DNA of 63,768 nucleotides, the filler included, from Reclinomonas americana ATCC 50394 (taxonomy: Eukaryota), in NCBI GenBank assembly GCA_048213135.1. It is 14 parts of 14 records of this genome, joined end to end, with 100 filler letters (N's around TTAATTAATTAA, not from the genome) between each part and the next. Parts side by side here need not be neighbours in the genome. Positions count along the whole stretch, not along the records: positions 57,388 to 62,388 come from AFZH01023619.1; positions 62,489 to 63,768 come from AFZH01023620.1; 12 more parts are not named here. The stretch is one strand, 5' to 3'. How positions within the stretch are numbered: the first letter of the stretch is position 1; every line of letters begins with the position of its first letter. Positions 59,810-63,768 of the stretch are shown here, piece after piece. Both the position numbers and the translations under genes were made by a program. The notes under the pieces were generated by a model. It saw only the letters and a program-made list of their open reading frames with translations. It was not told the origin of the DNA and searched no databases.

Positions 59810-61424
59810 GTGAGTGCAGAGGGAAGGGGGTAGAAGGGAAAGGGGGAGAAAGGGGGAGGGGGGAGAAGGGGAAGGGGGGGAAAGGGGAACGGGAAGGAGG
59901 AGAAGGGGGAAGGTTTATTAGTGAGAGAGAGAGAGAGAAAGCGCGCGCGCGTTTTGTGGAGAAAGACGTCGGTTCTGAGGATGCACTTGGCTGAGTGAGA
60001 AGCGTGCGCACAACTGAAGAAGGCTAGCACTGAGGTGGGAGTGTTTGGGAAGGATGGTGAATGTGTGAGAGAGGGGGAGTGATTGAGAGAGAAAGAGAGA
60101 TTCGACGCACAAGGCGAAACTGTGAAATGTGCACTCGATTGAGAAGGTGTTGTAGGGCTGGGAGTGCTGGCAAGGATTGCACAGGAGCGAGAGAGAACGG
60201 GAATCTGTGAGAGAAGCAAAGAGAGATGCAATGCAGAGTTCGAAGAAAGGCTGCCTGAGGCATGATATCTTTGACATGATAAAAGATAGTTCTTCAACCT
60301 TCTATGCACTGACTTTTCGTGTGTCTTGATGTGCAGCTTGGAGGACTTTTTGATCAACGAGGTTTGTACGATTGCCTTTTGTTGCAGGCGGTTCGTGGCC
60401 GCTCACGCTCTCTTGCCACATGCAGCCCATCCGCATTCTGCTGCTGCACTTGCTGCCGTGCTTAGCTTGCACGGAATTGGTCAATTGTGCGTCTTTTCTT
60501 CGTGTCTGCTCCATGGTCGTTGTGAGAACTGACTTTGATTGTCGTGCTTGCCGTGATCGCTGCGCAGCGGAAGTTGTACGGTGTGTGAAAAATTGATGAG
60601 AGGAGAGAAGTTGAGGTGTGGAACTGACCATTGTGCTGCGTGCAGAATCTTTGCTGGACTCAACTGAGAGGAGCATGCAAGTTTTTGAGAATGTAGACGA
60701 TTGTTTATTGGCAAGTCGGCGCTGCAGGCGATGTTGTTTTTCACCACCGGTTGGTGGCTGCCACAGTGTTGAAATCATTGTTGCAACAACAACAACAACA
60801 ACGACATCAACTGAGCGCAAAACCCGCTCAGGCCACCACCGACATGAGCCCCACCAACAACATGACACGCTCGCTTCTGGTTTCAACCACGCCACCAACT
60901 ACGACACCACTGCTGTTGCTTTGCTTGCTTCACGGATCCGGACCCGGCTTTGCTTTGTTTGCCTGGCTCTGGCCTTTTCCCGAGATTGGATGTGCCGTGT
61001 ACGATCGCAGAAAACGCTATGCGTCTTTGCGAGTGCGTCAAATCCACTGGTCAACCACGCTTATGCGGTGAAGATCGCAGTTCTCGACTTGTTCGGAGCT
61101 CCGAGAACGAACACACCCACAAGAAAACCTGCTGCTGCCTCAAGATTGGTGTCTGTGGATGTTTTGGATACGGTTGAACTTGGTCTGAACTTGGTCATTG
61201 TTGCTTGTTGGTTGGTTGCATGACAAAGGTGATCATGTAGGGTCCAAGGCAATTGCAACAACTAAAGGGCTGTGAACGTAATTGAGTTGGCGTTTTTGAA
61301 CTGAGGTCGTCCATTGAACCTGGTATTACACAACCACGAGCAGCAGCAGAACCTCCAGTAAGGAACTGAAACGTCGAGGACATCGGTAGGACACGCGCAC
61401 TTCACACGCAAGCACTTCCGTAAA

Positions 61425-62155
61425 ATGCTGTTGCGCAGCGCGCTTGCACAGCGCTTCAAGTCGTATGCACGACTGCCAGGGCGACCATACCAGCCACTGC
61501 CAGCGACCATAACGTCGTCGCTCAAAGAAGGTGCATCTCGCGAAGTTTGAAAGAAAGAGAAGAGAGTGAGAGAAAGTGGGTTGCAGAGGAGGTGAAGAAG
61601 AGAGTAAGAGAGTGAGAGAGGTGTGCAGTGCGTTGTGTGAAAGAGAGTGTGTGTTTGTGAGTGGCAATGGTCGACATGTTTGCTCTCTCTTTCACAGAGA
61701 GAGAGAGAGAGAGAGAAGAGCAGAGAGAGGCAGAGTTGCACACTCACGCACACTCTCTTCTCTCTCACACACAGAGAACGCGCAATGAGAGAGAAGAGAG
61801 AGAGAGTTGCACACTCCTCTGCGTTTGTGTGAGTGTAAGAGAGAGATGCACACTGTCTTCACTCTCTGTGCTCCCTCTTTGTGTGTGAGAGAGAGTGTGT
61901 GTGTGTGTGCTCTGCCTTTCTCCATTCCCTCTCTTCCCTCTCTTCTCTTCTCTCACTCTCTCTACACACACACTCTTCTCACTCTCTTCTCTCACTCTCT
62001 CTCCTCTCTCTTTCTCTCTCTCTTTCACAGGTGGAGCGACCTCTGCGTGGGCTGGACATCGCGAATCGCGAAGGAGTGGGGTGATTGCGCGCAAGGTTGG
62101 CATGTTGGCCGAGTGGGATTCGCGGAATGTGTATCTGCCGTTGACCGTGTTGCAA
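61425..62155 (+). CDS. MRPL3: Mitochondrial ribosomal protein uL3m, first two exons
   Basis: Exon 61425-61530 encodes MLLRSALAQRFKSYARLPGRP.. (Arg/Leu/Ser-rich, acid-poor, presequence-like). It splices in phase 1 to 62031-62155, ..SRRSGVIARKVGMLAEWDSRNVYLPLTVLQ, the bacterial/organellar-type L3 N-terminus. Confidence 0.85.
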
Positions 62156-62230
62156 GTTGCGGAGAAGGGGAGAGGGGGGGGAGGAGAGGGGGAAGGGGAG
62201 GGGGGAGGGGGAGAAGGGGAGGGGGAAGGG

Positions 62231-62388
<158 letters not shown>

Positions 62389-62489
62389 NNNNNNNNNNNN
62401 NNNNNNNNNNNNNNNNNNNNNNNNNNNNNNNNTTAATTAATTAANNNNNNNNNNNNNNNNNNNNNNNNNNNNNNNNNNNNNNNNNNNNA

Positions 62490-62977
62490 CACTCGACGCG
62501 ACGCGGACACCGTGCACGCACCAGCAACAACGCCGACGACGACGACGCTTCGTCATCTGTGTCGTCGGGCACTGGATTCCTGGCTGTGTCGAAACCACCT
62601 TCTCGTCAACGCTCCTCTGCCTCACTGACCGCCCCTCCCGACCTGCCACCACCACCGCCACCACCACTGGCGGAGGAAGTCGAATGGTACTTGAATCAGC
62701 ACCACCAGCAGCAGGCCGACATGGAGAAGCATCTGGAGCAGGATGGACTCACATTACCGGACGCCAAGGTGGTGGAGTTGCAGGGCTTCAATGTGTTTGC
62801 GGAGGCGACATCGGCGAGCACGGCGTCTTCCGCGCAAATACGTTCACCGTCAACCGTGCGCGTGGGTGTTGCATCGTCGTCGCCATCACGGTCATCGTAT
62901 GAGGCGTCTGTTCCGCTTCCGGGGACACCATCTTTGGATGCGACTGTGACTGATGAGGGACATGCTGATGCCGAGAG
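62490..62977 (+). CDS. Exon of an unidentified low-complexity protein
   Basis: Open frame ..PPPPPPPLAEEVEWYLNQHHQQQADMEKHLEQDGLTLPDAKVVEL.. ending at a GTAACG donor. Confidence 0.4.
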
Positions 62978-63501
62978 GTAACGCCAGCGTGACAGTGACG
63001 CGTCAGCAGTGCTCTTTGACGTGGATGAAGGACGGCAGGCGTATGGTGTGTATAGAGTGAAGAAGAACAGTGTATAGATGTTTAGTGTCAACCGAGGCTC
63101 CAATTCATGTGCGACAAGATGCATGGTCTGCAGACAATATATTATACGTTTCTAGTGTTCACCAAGATGGTGATCCTCATGTAGATGAGTTTATGTTTGG
63201 ATAAGCTGCTGTTGTTGTTGATGATGTTGCTTGCAGTTCACTCGTCGAGGTGCCACTTGAGATTGCCAAAGTTGCACTCGTCCAGCACTGGTCGGCGTAG
63301 CGGGCTGCCCCGGCGAATGGCCAGTACATCTTGTACGCACTCTGTAGGAGAGGAAAGCAGAGGCAATCCGGCGCCGAGGCCACAGAATTCGTACACGTCC
63401 TGCACACCACCAGCACACATCAGAAACTTTTCCGACCCATCGTCTTCGAGTGACTGCCAACACGTGTCGTGTGCACGACAGAGACGTTGTCTCTATCTTT
63501 C

Positions 63502-63543
<42 letters not shown>

Positions 63544-63768
63544 CTCTCACTTGATTACTCACTCACCAGTTCCCTCACTGGTGCTCATTCACTCCTTTCT
63601 CACTTATAATTACTCAAGATATCTCCTTCAATCACGCACATGCAAGGTCAAGATCAGTCACCTACTTCGCAAACTCTATCTTTCCCTTCTCTCTCTCTCG
63701 CACTCACACTTCCTCATCCACATGGTCTCGATCACTATCCGTCACTGCAGGCGATGCAAGTGCACCCC

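Noticed and set aside
60302..61383. Possible minus-strand gene head-to-head with MRPL3, or a transposon remnant
   Set aside because: I could not build a consistent exon chain or recognise any domain.
63177..63420. Possible minus-strand exons near the window end
   Set aside because: The frame is ambiguous and there is no recognisable motif.

Overview
Intron-dense genomic DNA from a GC-rich microbial eukaryote; the taxon cannot be determined from this window. It is a draft scaffold of 14 contigs joined by 13 artificial 100-nt spacers (N44-TTAATTAATTAA-N44). Most introns are about 60-90 nt, so the ORF track is largely uninformative and I reconstructed the genes by hand-splicing. In order: PX+ELMO protein; a complete 12.6-kb IP3-receptor-like Ca2+ channel gene; a C2H2 zinc-finger gene; two tandem vitellogenin/large-lipid-transfer-like genes; a fatty-acid elongase; the last exon of eIF3j; a bacterial-type short rubrerythrin with introns; a divergent Tubby-domain gene; a five-zinc-knuckle + GIY-YIG endonuclease gene; RasGEF; a MORN-repeat protein; the eIF3a 5' end; the mitochondrial uL3 5' end; and several unassigned exons. 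Most notable: (1) an abundant second class of 5' splice sites, GT-T-NNG-T (mostly GTTGCGT), equal to the normal consensus shifted by one base and mostly lacking G at -1; (2) the intron-split CCHC x5 + GIY-YIG nuclease; (3) an IP3R-like channel with a non-canonical selectivity filter and missing IP3 ligands; (4) lipid-transfer-like proteins carrying an antimicrobial-peptide-like cationic helix. All family assignments rest on motif recognition by eye, not on database searches.
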